From contig JAUZTB010000135.1 of assembly GCA_034780895.1 (NCBI GenBank), positions 51,148,019-51,212,018 of the forward strand: a stretch of DNA of 64,000 nucleotides. Direction: 5' to 3'. Position 1 is the stretch's first letter. Every line of letters starts with the position of its first letter. Under the pieces are notes generated by a model. It did no database searches, was not told the origin of the DNA, and saw only the letters and a list, made by a program, of their open reading frames with translations. The stretch comes from Rhynchobatus australiae. Taxonomy: Eukaryota. Made by a program: the position numbers and the translations under genes. Positions 13,165 to 25,374 of this stretch are shown piece by piece.

Positions 13165-14710
13165 AGAAGAAGTAGGGCACCAAGCCCATCAAACCTGCCC
13201 CGTCGTTCAAAATGATCATGGCTGATCTATGTTGGCTCAACTCGTCTTCAGCCCCAGTTCCCCATAGCCTGTAATTCTTCAATCTTACAAATATTTCTCT
13301 ATCTCCAGCATAAATATACCTAAAGATTTGGCTTCCAATACCGTTGATGCAGAGAATTCCAGAGATTCACTACCTTCAGAGAGAAGAAATTTCTACACAC
13401 TCAGTTTTAAATGACCAGACCCTTACCTTGTTACCGTGGCCCCTTGTTTGTGATTATCCTACTCATGAAAACATCTCAACACCTACCCTACCAAGCCCCC
13501 TAAGGATCTTTGATGTTTGAATAATGTCACCCCTCATTCTTCTAAACTCCAAGACCAAAACTGTCTAGCCTCTTTTGATAGGACAGCCCTCTCATCCCAA
13601 GAATTAGCCTGATGAATCTCCTTTGGACTGCATACAATGGTAGTATATCCATTTTTAGGTGACACCTGCTGCATCAGTACGTTCATTTTAAGCTACTTTT
13701 ATTCGACTTTCTTTTTAATGCTGTTGTCTTTTTGTCTTTTTTTTAAATGTGTCCTGCATCTTGATCTGTGGAGTATGGTATTTCACTCCCATGCATGCCG
13801 AATGTGTATATGGAAGTGACAATAACATTGATTCTGATTCTGAGGGAACCAAAACTGTGAGCAGAATTCCAGGTGTGGCCTAACCAGTACCTAAACAACT
13901 GTAGCAAAACCTCCCTATTCTTACACACCAACTCTGTTGCAATAACGGTCAACATGTTGTTTGCCTTCTTAACTCCTTTTTGGACCTGCCTCATAACTTT
14001 TTATGATTCATGCACCAGAACACCTAGATCCCTCTCAACATCACTCACTTGTGGGTCTTCCAGCAGTTTATCTTTTGCTTCAGATTCCGGCATCTGCAGT
14101 CTCTTGTGTATTCACTCATTTGAAGTCCTTGTCCATTTTAATAATAATCAACCTTTTGATTCCTCTTACTGAAGTGCATGACTTCACACTTCCCCACATT
14201 AAACTCCATTTGCCAGGTTCTTGTCCAGTCCCTTAAACTCCATATTCCATTATGTAATCACTATGTACTCATCACAACCTGCCCTCTTTTCATATCATCA
14301 GCAAAACTGGAAACCTTACATATCTCTCCCTCCTCCAGGTAATTGACATAAATAGTGAACAATTGAGGGCCAAACAGATCCTTCGGATACCCCACTAGTT
14401 ACATTTCTCTTGCCTCTAAAGGACCGATTTATTCTAAATCTTTGTTTTCTATGCAACAACCTGTTTTCAATCTTGCTAACACACTTCCTCCAATACCTTG
14501 GGCTCTTAATTTCTCCACTAAGCTCTTCTGTGACACCTTATCAAATGCTTTTTGGAAATCCAAATACACTACATCTACAAGTTCCCCTTTATCTACTCTT
14601 CTGTCACATCCTCAAAGAATTTGAGCAAAATACGTCAAACATCTTTCATAAAACCTTGTTGAGTAGGTTTGCTTATATTCAACTTTCTGAAATGATTAGT
14701 TATTTCCCCT
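13165..14710 (-). mobile_element. CR1 LINE ORF2 3' half plus 3' UTR
   Basis: Reverse complement gives V.LDFQKAFDKV, SGYPKDL.GP.LF, SFADD, KKANNML and REVLLQLFR. Contains nested insertions. Confidence 0.85.
13663..13843 (+). mobile_element. Rex1/Babar-type 3' tail nested in CR1
   Basis: Ends gacaataacattgattctgattctga (GATTCT tail). The CR1 sequence resumes on both sides. Confidence 0.55.
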
Positions 14711-15022
14711 AAATGTGGGGCGGGGCGGGGGGGAGGTGTTTGCAAGNNNNNNNNNNNNNNNNNNNNNNNNNNNNNNNNNNNNNNNNNNNNNNNNNNNNNN
14801 NNNNNNNNNNNNNNNNNNNNNNNNNNNNNNNNNNNNNNNNNNNNNNNNNNNNNNNNNNNNNNNNNNNNNNNNNNNNNNNNNNNNNNNNNNNNNNNNNNNN
14901 NNNNNNNNNNNNNNNNNNNNNNNNNNNNNNNNNNNNNNNNNNNNNNNNNNNNNNNNNNNNNNNNNNNNNNNNNNNNNNNNNNNNNNNNNNNNNNNNNNNN
15001 NNNNNNNNNNNNNNNNNNNNNN

Positions 15023-15880
15023 CCCCTCATGATGATGTTAGCTCCATGCAGCACAAATCATGACACGGACTCTGCCAAGGACCACGCAGTTTCTCCTGGT
15101 GGTGAAAAATGTTGCTTTAGAATGTCAATGACCTATTCACATTTTGTGAAACAGCATGTCTTTCATTGTAACCAGCTGTGTCCATCTGTGAATGAGTTGG
15201 GCACCAAAGTCATGAGACACTTCAACAATTGGTGTCTTCCTGTAGCCAGCCTTTGCGTTGCCATAGTACTGAAAATAAATGGCACACTAGTCTGCTGCAG
15301 AATGAAGGCAGCATGAGCGCTGGCAGAATATTAGGCACAGACCTGCATGATTCACTGCCTAAGGTCATACACCAGCTGAACAATGAGGGAGTGGAATCCC
15401 TTTTTGCTTAGCTTCATGATAGAGTTGACATGTGACGCTCACAAAGCAGTGTGCATATTTGTCCACAGCACCCATGTGAAGGCTTATGATATCTGTGAAG
15501 CCATTAGGTTATTCAATTTGTTTGTCTCTTATAAACGAGGTCTTTGAAAAAGAGCCTTTTGCAATAATAGAGTAAACTGAAAGTTGTTTCAAGTATCATC
15601 ATCTCCAGTCTGGAACTACACCACACAATTAGAAATTCTTCACTAAAGGTTGCCTTGACAGCCACTGGTGGCATTGATCTTACCATGTTCTGGTTCTGGT
15701 TACACTGTGGCAGATTTCAATGAGTTCTTTTCTATAAATGGAGCTTGCTGAGTTCAGATAAGAGAATTACTTTATGGACATTCTGAGTGAATCGAACACC
15801 CTGCTGGAACCCTTCATCCCCTAATATTCTTCCCTCTTCTTGCAGATTATGCATGCCCTCTGCTCATTCTCCCAGACATT
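15023..15880 (-). pseudogene. PIF/Harbinger DDE transposase relic (HARBI1-like)
   Basis: Reverse-complement motifs in the expected order, with frameshifts and stops: FSYLN, KELIEICH, PVAVKAT, FQTGD, MGAVD, KGFHSLIVQLVYD, SAHAAFILQQTSVP, GWL, YNE, ILKQHF, LHGANIIMRG. Confidence 0.8.
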
Positions 15881-18049
15881 CTGTATTCCAGGGGGTTTTC
15901 CTATTTATAAATCATTTTGGGAGAAATTGATTTGTTTCATTGACTTCAAATTAGCAAAACGACATTGCATACATTAGCTGTAGACATTAGCTACTTGAAA
16001 TAATTCAACAAAGCACCAAAGGCTTGTAGAATTGCTGCACCACCAAAATAAATCAACCAAAATATAAGTGATGATGCTTCCTGTGAAGAGCAGCGCTGGG
16101 ATTTCTTCCTGCTGTTGAATGCTCATTCTGACGTCAGAGGTTAGGAGAGTGTTAACTGGAATGCAGAGTTCAAAGTAGCAGATTCTGACTTTAATCAGTA
16201 TTGCCTGATGTTCACTGTTCATGCACTAACGCCTTCACCAATGTTCAAATATATAAGTTGTCCAGAAGCCTTTGTTTTGCACTCCATATTGGAACTCCAA
16301 GGCCTCGTGGCACCAAAGAATGATCCCAATTTTTGGGCCACACAACTCTCCTGGGCCTGTGGAGCGACGAGATATTGCTTGAGTGAACACTCTCTCAAAA
16401 GGGCATGAGTAAAGGGTGTAAATCTACAACAGTCAACACAATCAGGTGGATTATTATAATCTGCATTTAATATATGACTAAGGCAGGCTGGCTCAAATTC
16501 TGCACTAGAAGATAAATGTACAGCAAGGAGTTGATTACCATTAAGGTGAGGAGCAACATCTATACCAACCTTCTTTCATAAGACAAGTTCAATACTTCAA
16601 TAATCATGTACACTATTTCAACAAGTTTTAAAGAAAAGATTAAATGGTGTTGCTGTACTGATAATCCCTTTTTTAATGTGACAAAAGTCATTTATAATGT
16701 TTCTCACAAATCACAGTAAAAAGATAATTTCTGATCCGAGATTCCAGCTACTATGAGTTTGAATTCTGACTTTAAAAAGACACTGCAAAATATATCTGAC
16801 CTTATTCAAGCCACAAGCAAGCCACGCCATTTTTTGGCCCAACTGAATGAAATAACTTAATTCGGATTAACATGGATTCCTTTTCTGGATTTACAGTAAT
16901 CTTTGAAGTCTAACCACTGACCTGTCGGTAAAACAAATCCTTTTGGAACTTGCAGAGAATATATTAATGGACTGTTTAGTATTTCAAAGAAAAATAGCAC
17001 TCATAATCACATCCAGATTGTCTTTATTCTATTACTTCTTTAACTTCACAATCACATGCAGGTTTAGATAAATTAAGATAAAATGTGGCATCGTGAAATA
17101 GAGAATGGTGCTTCAGTTTTCCATGCTCAAGAAAAATCATTCCCACGAGAGCCTTACATTGAATTTCAAATTCTCTTTGAATCATTTGTATTTGATGTTT
17201 GGTGAAGGAATGTTTCCTTCTCCTTAAAGAACTTCCTTTCACATTATTGAAGATTTCAGTTTGTGCTAGTGTTCACCACAATTGGACACACAACTTGGTC
17301 CTTGTGTAAAGATAATGATTTTCCTAGATTGCTATTGCTAATTAAGATTGCTTATTTTCAATGATGTATTTTTTTTATTTATGAAAATGTCTGCACTGCT
17401 TCTGTCTGCCTAATTATTAAAATAAAACAGCTCTATTTTGTTCCAGTTGGTCTGCAATCTGTCACTGTTTTACCTCAAAAGAAATCAGTGCTTTCAGTGG
17501 CCTGACCTTGGTTATGCTGCATCCTGTGCTTTTCATTTTTTTTCTGATTCTCAATTTAGTTCACCCTGTGCTGCAGCTGAAAGGACAAGGAACTAACCAC
17601 CCCACACCCCCGCCACTTATTCTTCTGGCTGCCTGGATTCTTTTATTCTTGATCACACACCTTGGCATAGCCAGGACTGGGAATTTCATAAGCTGCTGGA
17701 ATCACCAAACAATCCACTGCAATAAACCAACTGGTTTTTCAGAGGTAAATTAATTCTCTGTATGGTTGATTCCATTTCCTGTTATTATAAAAAATGTCCG
17801 AAGTTTATGAATTTAACTCTACATGAAATAGAAAACGGGGGGGGGGGAGGGTTAGTATGGAAAAGATAAGGCTAAATTTAAAAGTGTGGTTAAAAGAAGC
17901 TCTAAGCCCGCTAGTATAGAATATTGCCAAAATAAACATGTTGTCTGTTTCACTTCTTCTGTCACAACAGTAAAACATCAAAATCAGATTCTATGAGATT
18001 GCCTAATCATATTGAACACACATTGACTATAAAAGGTTGGGGTCATTCA

Positions 18050-18235
18050 TAAATAAAAACAGAAAATGCTTGAAGTACTTAGCAAATCAGACATCATCTA
18101 TAGAGTGAATTAGAGTTACCATCTCAGGTCAGTGATATTCAAAATATTAATACTGATTTTCCCTCTAATGTTGTTGCTTGACCGGCTGAGTATATTGTGG
18201 TTTCTACTTTTATCTTAGATTTTCAGCATCTGTAG
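18050..18235. mobile_element. Short palindromic Penelope-derived element
   Basis: aaaacagaaaatgcttgaagtacttagc...gaccggctgagtatattg...agattttcagcatctgtag; inverted arms. Confidence 0.65.
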
Positions 18236-19245
18236 TAAGTTTGTGTTAGTCCTTTTTTCACTTTCTAATATCAGGATAAACAGACAAATTTGACATCACT
18301 GTGCTCCAGGTGAAGAACCTTGCCCGGTATTATAATTCAAGCTGTAAACCAGTCAGAAATCACATATTACTTGACTGATGATTCCACGGGTTCACTTAGA
18401 CGTGCTATAGATTTCATACTTCTGAAGTTCAATCCTGATTTAAGTTACCTAAACTCAATAAGGACAGCTGGCCTGAGGACACTTGGAAAGGGAGGGGCAA
18501 TTTGCACATAATTCTTCATTGTTATTTCACAAGCTCCACTGGAAGGGTGTATAGGGGTACCAGTGGTTAGGTTTAGTTGCAATAAATTAGCTGATTATTA
18601 CGTTCCCAACTCACAGTGAAGAGCGGTTACCTGATGATATTCAAGAAAGATTCTTTACTTTTCGGTGTATCATATTGTGTGTCAATGCTTCCAAAATAAA
18701 GGAGAAAGTCTCTAAAAAGGCATGATTACAATAGCTTTCCATTCTAAATATCATCTGATGTCTGTCTAAGAGAAATATTAAAGATGACAATGATAAAAAC
18801 ACGGAGGGATGAATAAATAATGTAAAATCCATGTGCAAGAAGCTTAGTTTAGGGAAATATCAATATAACATGTAGATATATAGTATTTGAGATTAAATAA
18901 GTAAAATGAAGGCCTGCTAAATATACTTGGAGCTAAAGATCAACATTTTAGCATCGATCCTTCAGAGATTAATTTGATTGGGTAGGAAAGAGCAGATTGC
19001 ACTTTGTATAAAAAACCTGACAATGGCCTCATTACATGTTTCCCTTTTGCAACTTTGAACTTTAAGGAATTAAAAAAAGAACTTTAAGAATATAAGCAAG
19101 TGGATCAGAATGAAAAATTCAATCATAGAACAGTTAAATTATGCCTTTGCACTTATGATTCCCTATACATTGAGTCCTTCAGGTACAGAGCTGCAGAGGA
19201 AGGAGTCAGTTCACTCCTATTGTGTTCAGCATTAAGATGCGAACA

Positions 19246-19430
19246 CTGAATCATTTAAAATAAGCTAAATTATTGTGTCGTGACAAAATTATATAAAATC
19301 AAACCATGGATTAACAATCACTTACTATTTTAAAATATCTCTTTATATTTCATATATTTACCCCATCTAGTTAACCATGGTGAGGGGAATTAATTCCAAC
19401 AGCCCAGGAATCATTGGAGCCACTGTAGTA
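19246..19430 (+). repeat. Left arm of 185-bp inverted repeat (partner 22226-22410)
   Basis: Manual alignment to the reverse complement of 22226-22410 gives ~15 mismatches and no indels. Confidence 0.92.
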
Positions 19431-20867
19431 ACTGGCAGAACTGGGTGAGGCAACCTTTGATAAGTAAAGTGTGGTTTTAAACTGCAGGAACCGAAAACTT
19501 TTTAAATATTTAAAGAATCAGATTCTAGTAGAGCAGAAATAAAATGCAGAAGTGATGAAAAAACAGAGTCGATCAAGCAGCATCTGTGGAGCGGTCANNN
19601 NNNNNNNNNNNNNNNNNNNNNNNNNNNNNNNNNNNNNNNNNNNNNNNNNNNNNNNNNNNNNNNNNAAGACTCATTTACTGCAGCCTTCAATTTTGAGGTT
19701 TCTAGAACAGCATTGTTGGAATGCTGCTATGTGAGAGCGTATCGATCCACTGCAAATTCAGCTGCAGGCATTCAGCCTGGCAGCTGCAACTTTGAAATAG
19801 CTCTTAAAGGGACACACTAGAAAATAAGCTGCACTCTTCCAGGTACTGGGGATGGATGCTGTTGAAGAATGGATGCTACAGTGATGAGAGGGAGGGAATG
19901 GAAGGGTGCTACAATCAAGAATGTGGGACAAGCTGATGAAGAACAATTCCTACCCCAGGTATTTGTGCAAGGGGCTTATGAACATTATGCTTGTGAAGAT
20001 CCCTTTGCACTATAGCCATGCACTGCTGTAAAGAAATTACCTGGGAGGTTACCAGTATTATTATGTGAGTGCACTCTATGAACGTCTGCAATTTTGGGAT
20101 GTCTCTAAACCCCCAAAGCTCCCTTGCTTGCTCCTATGGAGACACTGGTAAGGTTGTTTCAATAATATTCCAAAGCATTGTCCATTAAATACTTTAGCAA
20201 ACTTCACTGTGCCAGACATGCTAAACATTAGTGAAATTCCCCATGCAGACTATTCCTGAATAAAGCTTGACAGGAAGCTCTTGTGAGATCAATTTGAATT
20301 TGATGAGATGAAATTATTTTTTCCATGTGACTCACGTCATATTGCCTCTGTTTCTCCTGTTGTTATTGTTGGTATTGTGGGGAAACATGAAAACCTTCCT
20401 GATGCACAAAACTGAGAATAGATGCACATTTAAATTGTGCCCTATACAAATTTTGGTCAATGCAACAGCATAAATGGTAACGAGGGTGTCTGCTGTTGAG
20501 CAATTGAAAGGGGATGCAGTAATCACAATATATCATTACTATTAGGTATACCTGGCAGACCCCATATAGTCTGTGGTCCAGAATTGTTTACAGCGTTTAG
20601 CCCCTTGGCCTTGAGGAGGATAGCCTCCATAATCCTGGAGAGAAATTGCGCTCCCAAGTGCATCCCTCTTATTCCTTACTGTTTTTGCTAAATGGAGGAC
20701 GTGTAGGATTTCGAGTGAACTTTTCAACATCCTACCTTTGCAGGCTTGACATCAATGTGGGTAATGGAGAGGGTACAAAGTAGTGGAGTAGGAGTAGGGT
20801 TACCGAGTAGGAGAGGGTGGATATGTGCACGATGTGGATAGAGTAAATGATTAACAGCTTTTGAAGT

Positions 20868-20970
20868 GTATATGTGTACCTGTATGCATATATGTATATA
20901 TATATGCACCTGTATTTATATATATATGTGTGTTTGTGTGTGTGTGGTGTGTGTGAGGGTGTGTATATTT
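20868..20970. repeat. Degenerate (TA)n/(TG)n microsatellite
   Basis: tatatgtgtacctgtatgcatatatgtatatatatatg...tgtgtgtgtg. Confidence 0.8.
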
Positions 20971-21224
20971 CCTNNNNNNNNNNNNNNNNNNNNNNNNNNN
21001 NNNNNNNNNNNNNNNNNNNNNNNNNNNNNNNNNNNNNNNNNNNNNNNNNNNNNNNNNNNNNNNNNNNNNNNNNGAAGTCATGAAATTTCTCATGACATTG
21101 TTGTATTGTGTGGGGATTCTCATTCCTGGAAATGACAATTGTAGCTTTCTTGTGCCAGGCATTTCTCCTGGTGGGCTGGCAGGTCCCTTGCCTATTTAGT
21201 ATACAGGACCTCCACTGAGACATC

Positions 21225-21355
21225 ATTGTCCTGATGGAGGGTTTCAACACAAACGTCGACAATTTATATCCTCCCACATATGCTGCATGACCCGCTGAGT
21301 TCCTCCAGCACATTGGTTGTCACTCCAGATTCCAGCATTTGCAGTCTCTTGTGTA
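21225..21355 (+). mobile_element. Penelope-like element terminal repeat with hammerhead-like motif
   Basis: attgtc-ctgatgg-agggtttcaacac-aaacgtc-gacaat, then gctgcatgacccgctgagttcctccagca...cagattccagcatttgcagtc. Confidence 0.75.
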
Positions 21356-22225
21356 TCAAGTTCTGCATTTCTAAGTCTCTCTCAGCAAATCTGGGAGGTG
21401 TTTTCCTCTCCCATATAGCCTCTCTATCCTCCATAACGTTATAATGTGTGTCACTGCTATCTGGCTGTCACAGGGAGATTGCCTTTACATATTGATGCAC
21501 TTCAGTGATTGTTGTAGAGCAAGGTGTAGTTACATTGAGCTGAGTGAGGTCCCTGACTTAGTGCTTCTTTCTGGATGTAAACTACCCGAAGCTTAATGTC
21601 TTTTTGTCCAATTTCTAGACTTTTCGTGAGGGATCCCAATTTGGTACTAGTGCTGAATGTAACAATGTCTGAGCGCATCACAAATAGGTGAAATCCAATT
21701 TCTAAGCAGCAGTGACTTTGGTTTAGAATGCCATTCTATCCATGGGATTTCCAGAGAAATAGGCATGATGAGGTACTGATTAGAAGGGTGACCAAATGTC
21801 AGGAGTGACCAAAGTTCACACAGGATAGCCTGAGGATCATAAAAGAGTATATGAGGAGGTTTGGAATGAGTTCTAGATCGAGGGGAAAGGGATGCACAAT
21901 TTTCCAGAATCAGTGAAACAGAGTTTGGGGAGAAGAAGAGACAAACTAGGGAGAGATTACACAGGTAGCAATGGTTAAAAAGCCTTGGAGTAATTGAAAG
22001 ACAAAAGCAAGTACTTTNNNNNNNNNNNNNNNNNNNNNNNNNNNNNNNNNNNNNNNNNNNNNNNNNNNNNNNNNNNNNNNNNNNNNNNNNNNNNNNNNNN
22101 NNNNNNNNNNNNNNNNNNNNNNNNNNNNNNNNNNNNNNNNNNNNNNNNNNNNNNNNNNNNNNNNNNNNNNNNNNNNNNNNNNNNNNNNNNNNNNNNNNNN
22201 NNNNNNNNAGGCAAAATTTTGTACC

Positions 22226-22410
22226 TACTACATTGGCTCCAATGATTCCTGGATTGTTGGAATTAATCCCCTTTGCCATGGTTAACTAGATGGGGTAAAT
22301 ATATGAAATATAAAGATATATTTTAAAATAGTAAGTGATTGTTAATCCATGATTTGATTTTACATAATTTCTTCATGACACAATAATTTAACTTATTTTA
22401 AATGTTTCAG
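22226..22410 (-). repeat. Right arm of 185-bp inverted repeat (partner 19246-19430)
   Basis: Reverse complement matches 19246-19430 at ~92% by hand count. Confidence 0.92.
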
Positions 22411-24852
22411 CATTCATACCTGTAATTTAGTCTTAATTGTCAAAACTGGTTGGTAATGTTTTATCCCTTTTTGTGCCAAACCTGAATGTCAGGGTCCACA
22501 GCGATATAAATGCATAGCTCCAGAAGTAAATTAAATGTTAATTGTGAACTGTTGCCTGTCTCTGGACTTCGAATCATGGTATTACACTGTGTTTTTACCC
22601 ATGTTCATCTCAGTAAACTACAATGCCCCCTGTCATTGATATGAATAAGCTAAAATTATAGTAATCATGATAAATGAACAAGACAGGTGATTGTAACACT
22701 CCTTAACAGGTTTCATAATTCAGATAATAAAAACATTAAAATGATAACAAGATCCTTTTGAAGTCTATTACAGTGCAATGACATGATGAGTTACGAGTAT
22801 AATGTTATATTTGAGTTCATAACTGATGTTAAAAAGTTGCTTTTACTTTTAATTCAAATAAAATATAACGAAAAGAATCATAACTATATTGTACAAAAGC
22901 AGGTGCAGCCTCAAATATAGTTTGGGCTTCAGCAAAGGATTTTAAATTTCATTTGATGTATTAAGATTGATTGAAAATGCCTTTGCAAGATAAGATAATT
23001 TAACAGATATTTAATAGAATTTTGATTTGGCAATTATCACATTCTACTCCTTAGAAAGGCACCACTTTTGCAAATAAGTTTTTGGAAACTTTTCATGCAA
23101 ACTCGATGTAATAATACAAAATGAATTGCTGCCAGCCTCCCTCGTTGGGTTAAATTCATTACCAGAATCTTAATTAACCTGGGTCCTTTAAGGACTCTCA
23201 TATTGAATTTCATTTGACCACAGTACAAGTCATATGTCTGAACATTATTAATTTTTACCTGGATTCAAATACTGTGTCAAATATAGTGCACCACCATTCA
23301 TCCACTGAAATCCTATGGGCTTGTCCCTATTTCTGGACAATATTTGGCAGTCTGCTGATATAGTGTTCCACTGAAGAGACTGGGATGTGTAACGTGGGTT
23401 ATCATGCAATTAACAATGAGGCAAGTAGGATGGAATTTAGGATAACTACATCTCTGTTGCCTGCAAGTTACTGAGAGCCCATCCAGCTGAAAAACTGAGA
23501 CTCACAAGTGCAAAGGGAAGACACGGTAATTTCCTGTAAAACCTTACCAAATGTGAGAACTGAGAGGAGAGAATAAGGCTATTGAAAATGTCTGATATCT
23601 CATAGTTAAGTTTGTCCTTTTGGTCTCTACCATCAATTGACTGCAATTAATAACTAAGTTAAGATATGTTACAATTCTGGAGAGGAGAACCTGAGGGCAC
23701 GAGGAAAGGATTGATATTACCTATCCTGTCCCACTCAAATCACAAACCATTGTGAGACCAGTGAAGAAGCAAGACCCTTTATCTTATAGAGATCTCATTA
23801 CCTGAAGTTCTCAGCAAGAGAAGAAATCAATAACATTTACTTTTTTTTATAACAACTACAGATTTGATTTAATCCCAGAGTAACTCTGTGCAATGTCACA
23901 AGTTGAGCTTCATAGGTTTGATTCAATAAGAGAAGTGGTTCAGAGAGTGGAAGCCTAAGGATAAATTTTCCTTTGGCTGCTAATCTGACCTTAAGAGTCC
24001 CCCTCTTCCATGTNNNNNNNNNNNNNNNNNNNNNNNNNNNNNNNNNNNNNNNNNNNNNNNNNNNNNNNNNNNNNNNNNNNNNNNNNNNNNNNNNNNNNNN
24101 NNNNNNNNNNNNNNNNNNNNNNNNNNNNNNNNNNNNNNNNNNNNNNNNNNNNNNNNNNNNNNNNNNNNNNNNNNNNNNNNNNNNNNNNNNNATATCCAAC
24201 ATAAGTGTGATGAGTGATTGAACATGCCTCTCTCCATTTTCAAAGGCACTTCATTTTCATTTGCATTAAAGACAGTAAATAACTTCACTTCCACATTTGG
24301 GATGATTTATTTTGATATTTTTACCCTTCAAAGCTAATATTGCAACTCGAGCCATAAATTATTATTCTTTTAAAATAAATGGCAGTGTTTGCATTTGATA
24401 TTGTTAAAATCATTAAATTAACTTCATGTTAAATTCCAACATGGAACTAGTTTCCAGAATAAAACATTTTGTTCAGGTGCAGTTTTGTGGAAAGACTTTG
24501 AACAAGTTGCACAACATGCGTTGGCAAACATTGGGATTCTGCGATTTAAAAAGATGCCCTCCATGAACTTGGAAATTAATCTCTTTTGGTTAAAAAGCAC
24601 AAGAAACAGACGTTTCTACCAACGTTGCTTATTTCTGAGAGGACCATTAACCCATTTGTTCAGTTATTGTGTTTTTGCTTGACAAAGCAAGAATCTATTT
24701 TTGCCATAGTCACTATTGCAACATTTTTCAGAGAATAACTGGCAGCTTTGATGTCAATCAGTTGTAATTTTAAAATGTCAGGATCCCCATTCAGTCAACT
24801 GCTTAAGAGAAGGGCTGGGAGCCAAGATCTGAAAAAAGTCCTGGAATCAATT

Positions 24853-25274
24853 AAATTCAACGATGATAGCACTGTTGTTAGCAAAATCTCAGATGACAAG
24901 GAGGCATACCGGAGTGAGATAGATCGGCTGGTTGAGTGGTGTCGCAACAAAAACCTCGCATTCAACATCAGCAAGACCAAGAATATGATCGTGGACTTCA
25001 GGAAGGGGAGAACACACACCAGTCTTCATTGAGGTGTGAGCGGTGGAAAGGGTGAGCAGCTTCAAGTTCCTGGGTGTCAATATCTCGGAGGATCTATCTT
25101 GGGCCTACACATTGATACAATGACAATGAAGGCACGCCAGCAACTCTACTTCATTAGGAGTTTGAGGAGAATCGCTATGTCACCAAAGACTCTTGCAAAT
25201 TTCTACAGATGTACAGTGGAGAGCATTCAGACTGGTTGCATCACCGCCTGGTATGGAGGCTCCAATGTGCAGGA
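24853..25274 (+). mobile_element. Rex1/Babar LINE RT fragment (runs into gap)
   Basis: KF.DDSTVV, YRSEIDRLVEWC, KTK.MIVDFRK, ARQQLYFIRSLRR; paralogous to 3080-3520. Confidence 0.9.
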
Positions 25275-25374
25275 NNNNNNNNNNNNNNNNNNNNNNNNNN
25301 NNNNNNNNNNNNNNNNNNNNNNNNNNNNNNNNNNNNNNNNNNNNNNNNNNNNNNNNNNNNNNNNNNNNNNNNNN

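Noticed and set aside
23549-23560. Possible 12-nt minus-strand micro-exon (ctctcctctcag|TTCTCACATTTG|gtaagg)
   Set aside because: Too short to distinguish from chance without RNA data.
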